Part shown: positions 55,527 through 64,000 of the stretch, in pieces
Numbering within the stretch: the stretch's first letter is position 1
How the letters are laid out: each line of letters begins with the position of its first letter
Virus record (IMG/VR): IMGVR_UViG_3300030330_005258
Coordinates: 90,578-154,577 of that record
DNA from: a virus
Lineage: Duplodnaviria; Caudoviricetes
Length of the DNA stretch: 64,000 nt
Direction: 5' to 3' (one strand)
Notes under the pieces: model-generated
The model's database searches: none
What the model saw: only the letters and a program-made list of their open reading frames with translations
What the model was told of the DNA's origin: nothing
Made by a program: the position numbers and the translations under genes

Positions 55527-58430
55527 ATGCCCGTAAAAAGTTTCAAATTTGTATCACCCGGAGTGTTTATCAACGAAATTGATAACTCATTCCGCCCACG
55601 TAGACCCGACACAATCGGACCGGTAATCATCGGTCGCGCTACTCGCGGTCTAGCAATGCAGCCCGTCAAAGTAGAATCATATTCTGACTTTGTTACGATG
55701 TATGGAGATACTGTTCCCGGTTTTGCTGGAGGCGATGTATACCGCGATGGCAACTACCAGTCACCAATGTATGGCACTTATGCTGCAAAGGCGTTCCTAA
55801 ATGCCTCAGTTGCGCCTGTGACCTATGTTCGCCTTCTTGGTGTTGAAAACCAAAATAAATCAAGCGGCGGTGAAGCGGGTTGGAAAACTACCAAAACAGT
55901 TGCCCAGACCGGCAACGCATCCCTATCAGAAAATGGTGGCGCATACGGATTGTGGGTATTTAAATCAAGCTCCGTAAATAGCGGCGGCGGTGCCGACGGT
56001 GCCTCCGATATGGGCACCGGTGCTCTTGCAGCCGTTTGGTATGTTGACAAGGAGGCTTCTATTCAGCTTTCAGGGAACCTCGCCGGCTCGACTGATCAAG
56101 CACAGGGCGTCGGAATGGTTATAGAGAGCGACGGTAATGGATTGTTCACAGTATTTGTTGACGGCTCAAAGGGCTCTTCGGGCGTTGATGAAAAACTTTC
56201 CTTTAACTTTGTCGATTCTGATCAGAGGTTCATTAGAAAAGTATTCAATACTAATCCACAATTGGTTCAAGCAAGCGGTCAGTTTTATGATACAACACTT
56301 GAGCGCAACTACTGGCTAGGTGAAACTTTTGAACAAGAATTGCGTGATGGCGCTGCTGGATTTATAACAGGAAGTGGCGATGACATTACAGCAGGACCAA
56401 TGTTTGGTGTCATTCTACCAATAGGTAATGGCAGCAACTCTCCCGCAACTATGCAAACTAGCACCCGCGAAGCGCAATCAGGATATGTCATTGGACAAGA
56501 CCTCGGCGCCGCAGCGAGCTATATCCCAGAGCAAGCAGCAAAACTATTCCGGTTCAAAGGTCGCGGACATGGCGAGTGGCTTAACAAGAATGTTAAAATC
56601 TCAATTGAAAAGATTCGCTACTCAAACACCCAAGCTAGTGATTACGGCACTTTCTCTGTTGTTCTTCGCTCCTTGACCGACTCTGATAACAACAAAGTTG
56701 TTCTTGAGAGATTTGATAACCTGTCTCTCGACCCCACCTCTACAAATTACATCGCAAGAGCAATTGGCGATCAATACTACGAGTGGAGCGAGTCAGAAAG
56801 AAGACTAAGACTTTATGGCGAATATCCAAACCAATCAAAGTTCATTTACCTAAGCGATATCAATGAAGGTATTATTCAGGGTAACAAAAACTTGGTACCA
56901 TTTGGCTATGAAGGTCCACCCCGCTTTGAAAATGCTACCAACTGGAGTGGTTCGGCAGCAGCCGCCGGCGATCCAGCAGTTGCAGACACATATTTCTTCA
57001 CTGGTGTGACTTTTGCAACTAGTTCCAGAGCAGATGCAAACTTTATGTCTAGCTCTACAGGAAGAATGACCGGCTCACTCACATGGCCCGTCGCAAGACT
57101 TCGCCATTCAGCATCAGACGGCGGTATTTCTAACCAAACCGATGCTTACTTTGGATTCCAGACTACCAGAACTTTCGACAGCACCCGTGGAGACATGTCT
57201 ATGAAAGACTACCACAGATTGTGGGTTCCCGGCTTGTGGACAGGAACAGATGGTACTGGTATTAAGGGCAAGTCTTACATTTTCACAATGGATGACATTC
57301 AGATGACTGCTGTTTCGGGTGCTTTCTACTCAAGTGGCTCAAGAGCAGCCGGCACAAGCAAGACTGCCACTGGTGATTACCAAGATCTTATCGATGCTGG
57401 ATTTGACAAGTTCACAATGCCGCTCTGGGGTGGCTTTGATGGATTCGACATCACAAAACCAGATCCATTATACAACGAGGGCATGAGTTCAACGGCTACA
57501 GACAGAACAAGCTACGCCTTTAACACATACAAACGCGCAATTGACACTGTTGCCGATCCCGAGTTTGTTGACATGAACCTTTTGGTCACCCCTGGTCTAA
57601 CTAAGGAGGGTCTAACAACTCAAATGATTAACGTCTGTGAAGACCGTGCCGATGCAATGGCTCTAATTGACCTACCCGGCGTATACTTGCCACAGCACGA
57701 AAGAGACTATAGCTCTGTCGATCAAAGGCAGACCAAGAACCCCTCGCAAGCAGCCAATGATTTGCGTCAGCGCCAAATTGATTCTTCATACGGTGCGACA
57801 TTCTACCCATGGGTTCAAACCACCGACGAAGGTACCGGGCAGGCACTTTGGATTCCCCCCACTGTTGCTATGATGGGCGTCCTTGCAAGCTCCGAAAGAG
57901 CTTCACAAATCTGGTTTGCACCAGCAGGATTCAACCGTGGTGGTCTCTCGGACGGCGCTGCCGGTATACCTATCACTGGTGTCTCTCGCAGACTTACTTC
58001 TAAAGAGCGCGATGTCCTTTACGAAGCACGTATCAACCCAATCGCTAGTTTCCCAAGCACTGGTATCGTTGTCTTTGGACAGAAGACCCTACAAGAGCGC
58101 CCATCTGCTCTAGATCGCATAAATGTGCGTCGTCTAGTAATCTTCCTCAAGAAGCAGATTTCGATACTTTCCACTCAAATTCTCTTTGAGCAGAACGTAC
58201 AGGCAACTTGGAACCGCTTCAAGGGACTTATTGAGCCATTCCTTGCTAACGTCAAGACTCAGTTCGGTATTACTGACTACCGCCTCATTCTAGACGAGAG
58301 CACCACAACACCTGATCTTGTTGACCAGAATGTTGTTTACGCCAAGATTATGATTAAGCCCGCAAGAGCAATCGAATACATCGCTATCGACTTCATCGTT
58401 GCTTCCACCGGCGCATCATTTGACGACTGA
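55527..58430 (+). CDS. Contractile tail sheath protein (T4 gp18-like)
   Basis: SPGVFINEID, YPW, WFAPAGFNRG, INPI, GQKTLQ...SALDRINVRRL and KPARAIEYI. Confidence 0.95.
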   Translation: MPVKSFKFVSPGVFINEIDNSFRPRRPDTIGPVIIGRATRGLAMQPVKVESYSDFVTMYGDTVPGFAGGDVYRDGNYQSPMYGTYAAKAFLNASVAPVTYVRLLGVENQNKSSGGEAGWKTTKTVAQTGNASLSENGGAYGLWVFKSSSVNSGGGADGASDMGTGALAAVWYVDKEASIQLSGNLAGSTDQAQGVGMVIESDGNGLFTVFVDGSKGSSGVDEKLSFNFVDSDQRFIRKVFNTNPQLVQASGQFYDTTLERNYWLGETFEQELRDGAAGFITGSGDDITAGPMFGVILPIGNGSNSPATMQTSTREAQSGYVIGQDLGAAASYIPEQAAKLFRFKGRGHGEWLNKNVKISIEKIRYSNTQASDYGTFSVVLRSLTDSDNNKVVLERFDNLSLDPTSTNYIARAIGDQYYEWSESERRLRLYGEYPNQSKFIYLSDINEGIIQGNKNLVPFGYEGPPRFENATNWSGSAAAAGDPAVADTYFFTGVTFATSSRADANFMSSSTGRMTGSLTWPVARLRHSASDGGISNQTDAYFGFQTTRTFDSTRGDMSMKDYHRLWVPGLWTGTDGTGIKGKSYIFTMDDIQMTAVSGAFYSSGSRAAGTSKTATGDYQDLIDAGFDKFTMPLWGGFDGFDITKPDPLYNEGMSSTATDRTSYAFNTYKRAIDTVADPEFVDMNLLVTPGLTKEGLTTQMINVCEDRADAMALIDLPGVYLPQHERDYSSVDQRQTKNPSQAANDLRQRQIDSSYGATFYPWVQTTDEGTGQALWIPPTVAMMGVLASSERASQIWFAPAGFNRGGLSDGAAGIPITGVSRRLTSKERDVLYEARINPIASFPSTGIVVFGQKTLQERPSALDRINVRRLVIFLKKQISILSTQILFEQNVQATWNRFKGLIEPFLANVKTQFGITDYRLILDESTTTPDLVDQNVVYAKIMIKPARAIEYIAIDFIVASTGASFDD

Positions 58431-58435
58431 TAACC

Positions 58436-58463
58436 GGGGGCTTTTGCCCCCACCTACTACTTA
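58436..58463 (+). promoter_or_regulatory. Hairpin GGGGGC-TTTT-GCCCCC plus variant late box ACTACTTA before the tube gene
   Basis: Inverted repeat at 58436-58451 without a U-tract; variant motif at 58456-58463. Confidence 0.5.
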
Positions 58464-58490
58464 TTACTGAAACACAGGAGAACCCAACAA

Positions 58491-59081
58491 ATGCCATTTT
58501 GGTCAGAAAACTTTGGACAGGATCGTACCAAGAAAGATCCAAAACGTAATTTTAGATTTATTATAGAGTTTGGCGGCATTAACGCCACACCCGGCGGTGC
58601 CGTAGCTTGGTACGCGAAGACTGCGCAGAAGCCATCTTTTGCTATTGCTAATGCAGAGCACAAGTATCTTAACCACACCTTCTATTACCCAGGTGGCGTC
58701 ACTTGGAACCCAGTTACAGTGACTATGGTAGACCCTGTTGACCCAGATATGGCAGCTACTTTCTCTGATATTATCGTTCAGGGTGGCTACGCTCCTCCAA
58801 CTGACACTACAACTCTTGGCACTATGTCAAAAGCAAAAGCTGCTTCTGCTCTTGGTGCTGTTACCATCACCCAAATTGATTCAGATGGCAACCCACTAGA
58901 GACTTGGACCCTTTGGAACCCATTCATCGAGGATATTAAGTACGGCGATTCGCTTGACTACAGTAATGCTGACCTCACCGAAGTCTCTGTTACCCTTCGT
59001 TATGACTGGGCACGAGTTGAGACAGCTAACGAGTCAAAGGCAACCAACGGCAGCAATGGTCGAGAGTTCTTCAACGTATAA
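58491..59081 (+). CDS. Tail tube protein (T4 gp19-like)
   Basis: DPKRNFRF, KP, YPG.VTWNPVTVT..D, ETWTL, LDY......V.VTLRYD. Confidence 0.9.
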   Translation: MPFWSENFGQDRTKKDPKRNFRFIIEFGGINATPGGAVAWYAKTAQKPSFAIANAEHKYLNHTFYYPGGVTWNPVTVTMVDPVDPDMAATFSDIIVQGGYAPPTDTTTLGTMSKAKAASALGAVTITQIDSDGNPLETWTLWNPFIEDIKYGDSLDYSNADLTEVSVTLRYDWARVETANESKATNGSNGREFFNV

Positions 59082-59110
59082 TTTAGACAATATAAAACGC
59101 GAGGTGTAAA

Positions 59111-59935
59111 TTGTCAAGAAATAAGGATCGCTTAGGCGGCGTCCAACAGCCTGATACGAATCCCCCACCCCAACAGGGCGGCGGGGGGTTCTCGTTTGTA
59201 GTCCCAACTGAGTTTGTGGACCTCCCATCACAGGGAAGATATTACCCAGAAGGTCATCCTCTTCATAATAAAGAAAGTATCGAAATTAAGCAGATGACTG
59301 CCAAAGAAGAAGACATTCTTACGTCAAGAACTCTTCTGAAAAAAGGTGTAGCTTTAGAAAGACTCTTACAAAGCTTGATTGTAGACAGATCGATCGACCC
59401 TTCAACATTGTTAATAGGGGATCGTAACGCAGTGATTGTCGCCGCTCGTGTATCGGGATATGGTAGTGATTACTCTGTATCTATTGACTGCCCTGCCTGT
59501 GGTACAAAACAAGACTATGGTTTTAATCTGAATAGTTTGCAGATTACCCATGGCGAAGTGGATCATGCCATGGACGCCACAGATAACCTAGATGGCACAA
59601 TTACCTGCGTCCTCCCAAAAACCGAAGTTACGGTAGTGGCGAGATTGCTTACAGGAAAAGAAGAAAAAACCATCACCAATATTATGGGCGGAAATAACTT
59701 AATTTCTAAACAGCTTGAATCTTTAATCGTCAGCGTCAATGGAGATACATCTAGAGAAGCAATTCGATATGTTGCCAACAACATGCCTTCGCTCGATTCC
59801 CGCCATCTTCGATTGGTGATCAAAGAAGCTACCCCCAACATTGATTTAACCCAAGAATTTTCTTGCACCGAATGTGGTCATACGCAAGAAATGGAGGTGC
59901 CGCTTACGGCGAACTTTTTTTGGCCTGACCGATGA
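59111..59935 (+). CDS. Tail assembly chaperone / gp26-like baseplate hub assembly protein
   Basis: LPS.G..Y, MTAKEEDIL, GDR.A....R, two CxxC pairs, C-terminal VP....FFWP. TTG start with GAGGTG SD. Confidence 0.8.
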   Translation: MSRNKDRLGGVQQPDTNPPPQQGGGGFSFVVPTEFVDLPSQGRYYPEGHPLHNKESIEIKQMTAKEEDILTSRTLLKKGVALERLLQSLIVDRSIDPSTLLIGDRNAVIVAARVSGYGSDYSVSIDCPACGTKQDYGFNLNSLQITHGEVDHAMDATDNLDGTITCVLPKTEVTVVARLLTGKEEKTITNIMGGNNLISKQLESLIVSVNGDTSREAIRYVANNMPSLDSRHLRLVIKEATPNIDLTQEFSCTECGHTQEMEVPLTANFFWPDR

Positions 59936-60161
59936 ATACAACGAGGGAGTTTATGAACAAATTTTCTTCCTCAAGTATACTGGTGGGTGGAGTTTTTCTG
60001 AAATTTACAACCTTCCCATAGGGCTTAGAAACTGGTTTGTCAAGCGCACTATGAAACAATTAGAAGATGAAGCGCAAGCGATTAAAGAGGCGTCAAATGG
60101 TGGCGGTAACTCACAGACACTGACAGTCCACAATCAGCCAACAATGCCCAAAACCTTCTAA
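59913..60161 (+). CDS. Frameshift extension of the tail chaperone (G-T type)
   Basis: The +1 frame is open across the T7 run (59915-59921): FFGLTDEY...YEQIFFLKY.GGWSFSEIYNLPIGLRNWF. No good start codon of its own. Confidence 0.65.
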   Translation, partial: TFFGLTDEYNEGVYEQIFFLKYTGGWSFSEIYNLPIGLRNWFVKRTMKQLEDEAQAIKEASNGGGNSQTLTVHNQPTMPKTF

Positions 60162-60164
60162 CTT

Positions 60165-60193
60165 AGGCACCCACTGGGTGCCTTTGCTTTTTT
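60165..60193 (+). terminator. Rho-independent terminator
   Basis: AGGCACCC-ACT-GGGTGCCT followed by TTGCTTTTTT; variant box CCTATTTAT follows at 60202. Confidence 0.75.
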
Positions 60194-60228
60194 GTAGGAA
60201 GCCTATTTATAGGGAGAGGTAATTTTGT

Positions 60229-62673
60229 ATGGCAAGAAGAGAGAATCGCGCCGCGACACAATTTAGCAAATTGCGCCAAGAAATGGAGGCGCTTAGCGCT
60301 GCAATTCAAGAATTAATCGCAAACCAACGCCAAGCAAATGCAGAGGCTCGCGCAGAATATGAAAGAAAAGAAAGAGCAGAAGCTGCTGCCGAGACCCGGC
60401 GCACCGAAGCGGACCGGCGCCAATCGGAAGCCGCACAAAAAAGACTGGAAGCCGAGCGACGGTCGCGTGCGGCAGCAGAAAAAGAATTAGAACAAGCAGA
60501 AAAAAGAGTTGGTTTGCTCAAAGATGAATTTAACGCTGCATCCGGTAAGCAAAAAAAATTAGAAAAATTATTAGAAATACAAGAAGAGCAACTCGATTTA
60601 GAACAAAAGACGCTCAAGACACTGGAAGAGGGGTCTAACGAGTATGCCGATCAGCTTGAGAAGATTGAAGAGATTAAAAAGGGTATAAAAACCACCCAAA
60701 AGACAACAGAAAAGCTCGGGAAAAATTTAGAAGAGAATAAGCAAAGCATGGAAATGCTGGCTGATTTTGCAAAAGACTTTTCTTCTAGCCTCGGTAGTCT
60801 GGCTAAAGGAGATTTTGTTAATGGATTCAAGAAGCTTGGTGGTACGTTAGTTGCGCCCCTCAAGAAGCTTGCAGGCAGAGGACTTAAAAAACGCACTGAC
60901 AAGTTACTTGAAGGTATTTCAGGGCTCGGCACAAAATTACCAGACCTCGCAGCCGGCGGACAAGCCGCCGCCGGAGCAACAACTGGTATGAGTACATCCA
61001 TGGCCGCGGCTGGTGTGGCCGCTGTGGGACTTGGTGTTGCTTTAGCAGCGCTTATTGCCGTCCTTGTAATAGTAGCAGTGGCTATTGGCGCAGCCATGAT
61101 ACTAGCGAAGTTTACTTTGGAGATTGAAAATTCTTCACGAGAACTTACAAAGATTACAGGTCTGTCAAAAAGTTTTGCCCATTCAATGCATGAGAATGCT
61201 ATGGAACTGCGCACCGCAGGTGTCTCAGCAGAAGACTTAAACGGCGCGTTAACTTCACTAAACGCAACATTTACTGACTTCAGTATGCTCTCGGTATCAA
61301 CTGCAAAGAAAGTTGCTGATACAACAGCGATGCTCACAAAACTAGGCATGTCTACTGACGATGCATCCAGGGGCTTCCAAGTTCTAACCAAGGGCATGGC
61401 ACAAACACCTGAACAGGCAGCCGATACAATGATCGCAATGGATGCTCTTGCCAGAGACTTGAATGTTAGTACATCTAAGATTGGTGCGGATTTTGCAGGT
61501 GCCGCTAGTCATCTACAAAAACTTACAGGACCAGAAGCTTTGCGATCATTTAAGCAGCTTTCGGTTATTTCCAAGGCAACAGGCATTGAGGTATCCAGGC
61601 TCCTCGCAATAACTGAAAAGTTTGATACTTTTGAAGGTGCTGCTACTCAAGCTGGTAAGTTAAATGCTGCCCTTGGTGGTAACTTTGTAAACGCTATGGA
61701 GCTTATGACAGCCACAAACCCTGCTGAGCGTTTTGAGATGATACGTGATTCTATTCTTGATTCAGGACTAGCTTTTGATCAGATGTCATACTATCAGAAG
61801 AAATTCTTTGCGGACGCTGCTGGCTTGGCTGACGTTGGCGAACTTGCTCTCGCAATGAGCGGCGACTTCGGTGCAGTTAATTCTGAAATTGGTAAAACAC
61901 AAGCAGATTACGAAGCAGCCGCCGAAAGAGCTAAGAGCTTCCAATCAGTCCAAGAACAATTAAAGAACTCTTTTTACCAACTATTGCCAGTCATCACACC
62001 CCTTGTAGAAAAAATTGATGAATTTACCTCTCAATTTACAGAATTTGTAAAAGAAAACAAAGAGCCCATGCACGATATGTTTAGCTCTCTTGGTGAGGTA
62101 ATGATTTCGCTGGCGGATACTTTTATAACATTAACACCAATAATAACGCCATTGTTAAAGCTTTTTATATATCTTGTGGAAATTTTTATTAAGTATGGCA
62201 ATGCGCTTGGAGTAATCGCCCAGGCAAACATAGCCCTCAAAAAAACAATGACGGTGAGGCAGTCACCGTCGCTATTAGATGCTGTTGCTATGTTAGGCGA
62301 AGGATTCTCAAATATTGGAAAAGGAATAGATACTGTCTTTTCTCCAGTACAAAAGCTTGTCACACAAATGAGAAAGCTAAAGCAGTTCTTTGGCGATGAT
62401 GTTACAGCAAATGTAGTGATGAAAGCCGCAGGGGTGACAGGTGTAGGTGACGGCTCAGCTAACGCTGCCGCCACAATGCGTGCAACTGCCCCCACAATTG
62501 CAAACAATACTGCGATTAGAAACTCAGCAAGTAGCACAACAATCAATAACAGCAGTCAAGGCGGCTCAGACACAGGAATTAGCATCAAGTTCGATAACAA
62601 GAAGTTTGCCGATCTATTCGATGTTCAAGTCGAGAAGTCAATTGGCAGAGCAGCAAGAAAGGCGGTAATCTAA
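60229..62673 (+). CDS. Tape measure protein
   Basis: Ala-rich helical protein with N-terminal coiled coil and a TM-like segment, FDTFEGAA..AG.LNA.LGG; follows the tube and chaperone genes. Confidence 0.85.
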   Translation: MARRENRAATQFSKLRQEMEALSAAIQELIANQRQANAEARAEYERKERAEAAAETRRTEADRRQSEAAQKRLEAERRSRAAAEKELEQAEKRVGLLKDEFNAASGKQKKLEKLLEIQEEQLDLEQKTLKTLEEGSNEYADQLEKIEEIKKGIKTTQKTTEKLGKNLEENKQSMEMLADFAKDFSSSLGSLAKGDFVNGFKKLGGTLVAPLKKLAGRGLKKRTDKLLEGISGLGTKLPDLAAGGQAAAGATTGMSTSMAAAGVAAVGLGVALAALIAVLVIVAVAIGAAMILAKFTLEIENSSRELTKITGLSKSFAHSMHENAMELRTAGVSAEDLNGALTSLNATFTDFSMLSVSTAKKVADTTAMLTKLGMSTDDASRGFQVLTKGMAQTPEQAADTMIAMDALARDLNVSTSKIGADFAGAASHLQKLTGPEALRSFKQLSVISKATGIEVSRLLAITEKFDTFEGAATQAGKLNAALGGNFVNAMELMTATNPAERFEMIRDSILDSGLAFDQMSYYQKKFFADAAGLADVGELALAMSGDFGAVNSEIGKTQADYEAAAERAKSFQSVQEQLKNSFYQLLPVITPLVEKIDEFTSQFTEFVKENKEPMHDMFSSLGEVMISLADTFITLTPIITPLLKLFIYLVEIFIKYGNALGVIAQANIALKKTMTVRQSPSLLDAVAMLGEGFSNIGKGIDTVFSPVQKLVTQMRKLKQFFGDDVTANVVMKAAGVTGVGDGSANAAATMRATAPTIANNTAIRNSASSTTINNSSQGGSDTGISIKFDNKKFADLFDVQVEKSIGRAARKAVI

Positions 62674-62674
62674 G

Positions 62675-63778
62675 ATGCCTGATGACCCATTAAGATTTAA
62701 TAGAAACTTTTATAATGCAGATAAAATTTCTGGATATTCAGATTTAGTAGAAGCAAAAGACAAAGATGGCAAACTTATAAAAGATGCAGCCGGACGACAA
62801 ATTTTTGAAACAAAAATATCGACTCCAAGCTGGCCAGATGGCTCAGACGCTTATGCAAATCTTCAGAAAACAGTTTTATCATTCCAAAACATCAGAAATA
62901 AAGACGAAGTATTCTTTAAGGCTTTTATAACTGCGTTTAATGAAAGCTTTACTCCTAATTTCAATGCAACAGAGGTTTTTGGTAGAACTGACCCAATAAT
63001 GCAATATAAAAATACCACTAGGAGTATAACTCTCGCATGGAAAATGCCCGCAGCATCAGAAGGCGAAGCTTACGAGAATTTAGGAAAAGTTCAAAAATTA
63101 ATAACTATGTTATACCCAACGTATACTGATGTAGGTGACTCTTTAAGTTTATCAGAAGCCCCACTTGTTCGTTTAAAACTAATGAACTTGCTTCAAAAAG
63201 TTCAAGAGCCTGGAAGCACAACAGATAAAGGTGCTAATGATATTTTTACTGAATATCAATCCCTCGGTGAAGGTGCCGGAAATGGAATTTTGGGCGTCGT
63301 TACTTCTTGTACAGTAAACCACAATTTAGAGGGCACAGATGGCGTTTTTCAAAAGCTTGGTGCTACTAATACAGTATTGCCAAAGCTTATAGATGTTAAT
63401 ATAAGCTTTACTCCTCTTCATGAAAAAACCTTAACAGGTAACCAAAATGTCTCACTCTATGGTGTCAACCTTTCAGGTAAAGATAAGGCAACAAACGATC
63501 AGTTAGTAGACAGCGGCAAGTCACTCACAGAGTTAAGAACCATAAAGAGAACGCTTGAAGAAAAGCGTCGAGGACAAGCAGCCGCGCAACAAAGAGCAGA
63601 TAAAGCAGCAGCCAAATATGAAAGAACGCTTAGAAAAGTGGAACGCAAAGGCGGTCTGGAAAATACATCAGAAAGGTTTCAGAGAAAAGCAGCGGAACGT
63701 CAAGTTGAAAACGCAATTGCTACCGGCAGAAGTAATGATCTTAATGAAGAAATTGAATCTTTAGAGGAACTAATCTAG
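62675..63778 (+). CDS. Baseplate tube-initiator/cap protein (gp48/gp54-like)
   Basis: FKAFIT.F.ESF......VFGRTDP...Y..T.R.I...W, LYP.Y, P.VRL, LPK.IDV.ISF.PLH. Confidence 0.7.
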   Translation: MPDDPLRFNRNFYNADKISGYSDLVEAKDKDGKLIKDAAGRQIFETKISTPSWPDGSDAYANLQKTVLSFQNIRNKDEVFFKAFITAFNESFTPNFNATEVFGRTDPIMQYKNTTRSITLAWKMPAASEGEAYENLGKVQKLITMLYPTYTDVGDSLSLSEAPLVRLKLMNLLQKVQEPGSTTDKGANDIFTEYQSLGEGAGNGILGVVTSCTVNHNLEGTDGVFQKLGATNTVLPKLIDVNISFTPLHEKTLTGNQNVSLYGVNLSGKDKATNDQLVDSGKSLTELRTIKRTLEEKRRGQAAAQQRADKAAAKYERTLRKVERKGGLENTSERFQRKAAERQVENAIATGRSNDLNEEIESLEELI

Positions 63779-63788
63779 GATAACACAA

Positions 63789-64000
63789 ATGGCAAACACA
63801 AGAAACAGAAAACAAAGCGTAATCGAAAACGATTCAGAACACTACAAAGAACTCTATGAACGCAGAGGTTTAAAGAGGATCTCCCACTATCCTACGGCTC
63901 GACTAAAGCACCCTACCGTGTCTCAGAGAGCAAGTATAAACACAGTAGGTCATGTGTGGGCATATGGTGACAGGTTCTATAAATTAGCAGATCAGTATTA
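63789..64000 (+). CDS. LysM-type baseplate wedge protein (gp53/gpX-like), 3'-truncated
   Basis: AGGA SD and ATG at 63789; translates to ...GHVWAYGDRFYKLADQY at the window end. Not in the ORF track. Confidence 0.65.
   Translation, partial: MANTRNRKQSVIENDSEHYKELYERRGLKRISHYPTARLKHPTVSQRASINTVGHVWAYGDRFYKLADQY

Noticed and set aside
60651-62546. Minus-strand ORFs of 248 and 171 aa opposite the tape measure gene
   Set aside because: Fully overlap a clear + strand gene, have no motifs, and are typical shadow ORFs.
1-64000. Alternative genetic code (stop-codon reassignment), as in some large phages
   Set aside because: Genes are full-length and tightly packed in code 11, and TAA, TAG and TGA all end genes at sensible junctions.
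1-64000. tRNA or other structured RNA genes, or a diversity-generating retroelement
   Set aside because: Intergenic gaps are mostly under 150 nt and explained by terminators and promoters. No cloverleaf, reverse transcriptase or adenine-variable repeat pair was seen by eye.

Overview
A 64-kb segment of a large, uncharacterised T4-like myophage. It has about 65 CDS, all on the + strand, in the standard genetic code, and I found no tRNA, CRISPR or integrase. Gene order: distal baseplate/fibre module (including a 2955-aa LamG protein), RuvC-like resolvase, primase, fused Mre11-Rad50, a tubulin/FtsZ-family GTPase with an adjacent putative membrane tether, holin/spanin-like genes, large terminase, portal, prohead protease, ribosomal protein bS21, a cluster of paralogous fibre/decoration genes, scaffold, major capsid protein, neck, sheath, tube, tail chaperone with a T7 slippery site, tape measure and the first baseplate genes. 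Two promoter classes are visible: an ACTATTTA box ahead of structural genes and sigma70-type promoters ahead of the two DNA-metabolism units. The most striking unexplained structure is a family of 8-10 small genes that share an N-terminal MKITKxxLKxIIKEE leader fused to unrelated cargo. Two of them sit between short direct repeats, and one apparently splits a resident gene. I infer a modular, mobile system of capsid-targeted cargo cassettes. Other leads are the FtsZ-like/tether pair, a pervasive [ST]-[GAS]-[ST] motif in virion proteins, and phage bS21. All family calls come from motif recognition by eye; no database searches were run.
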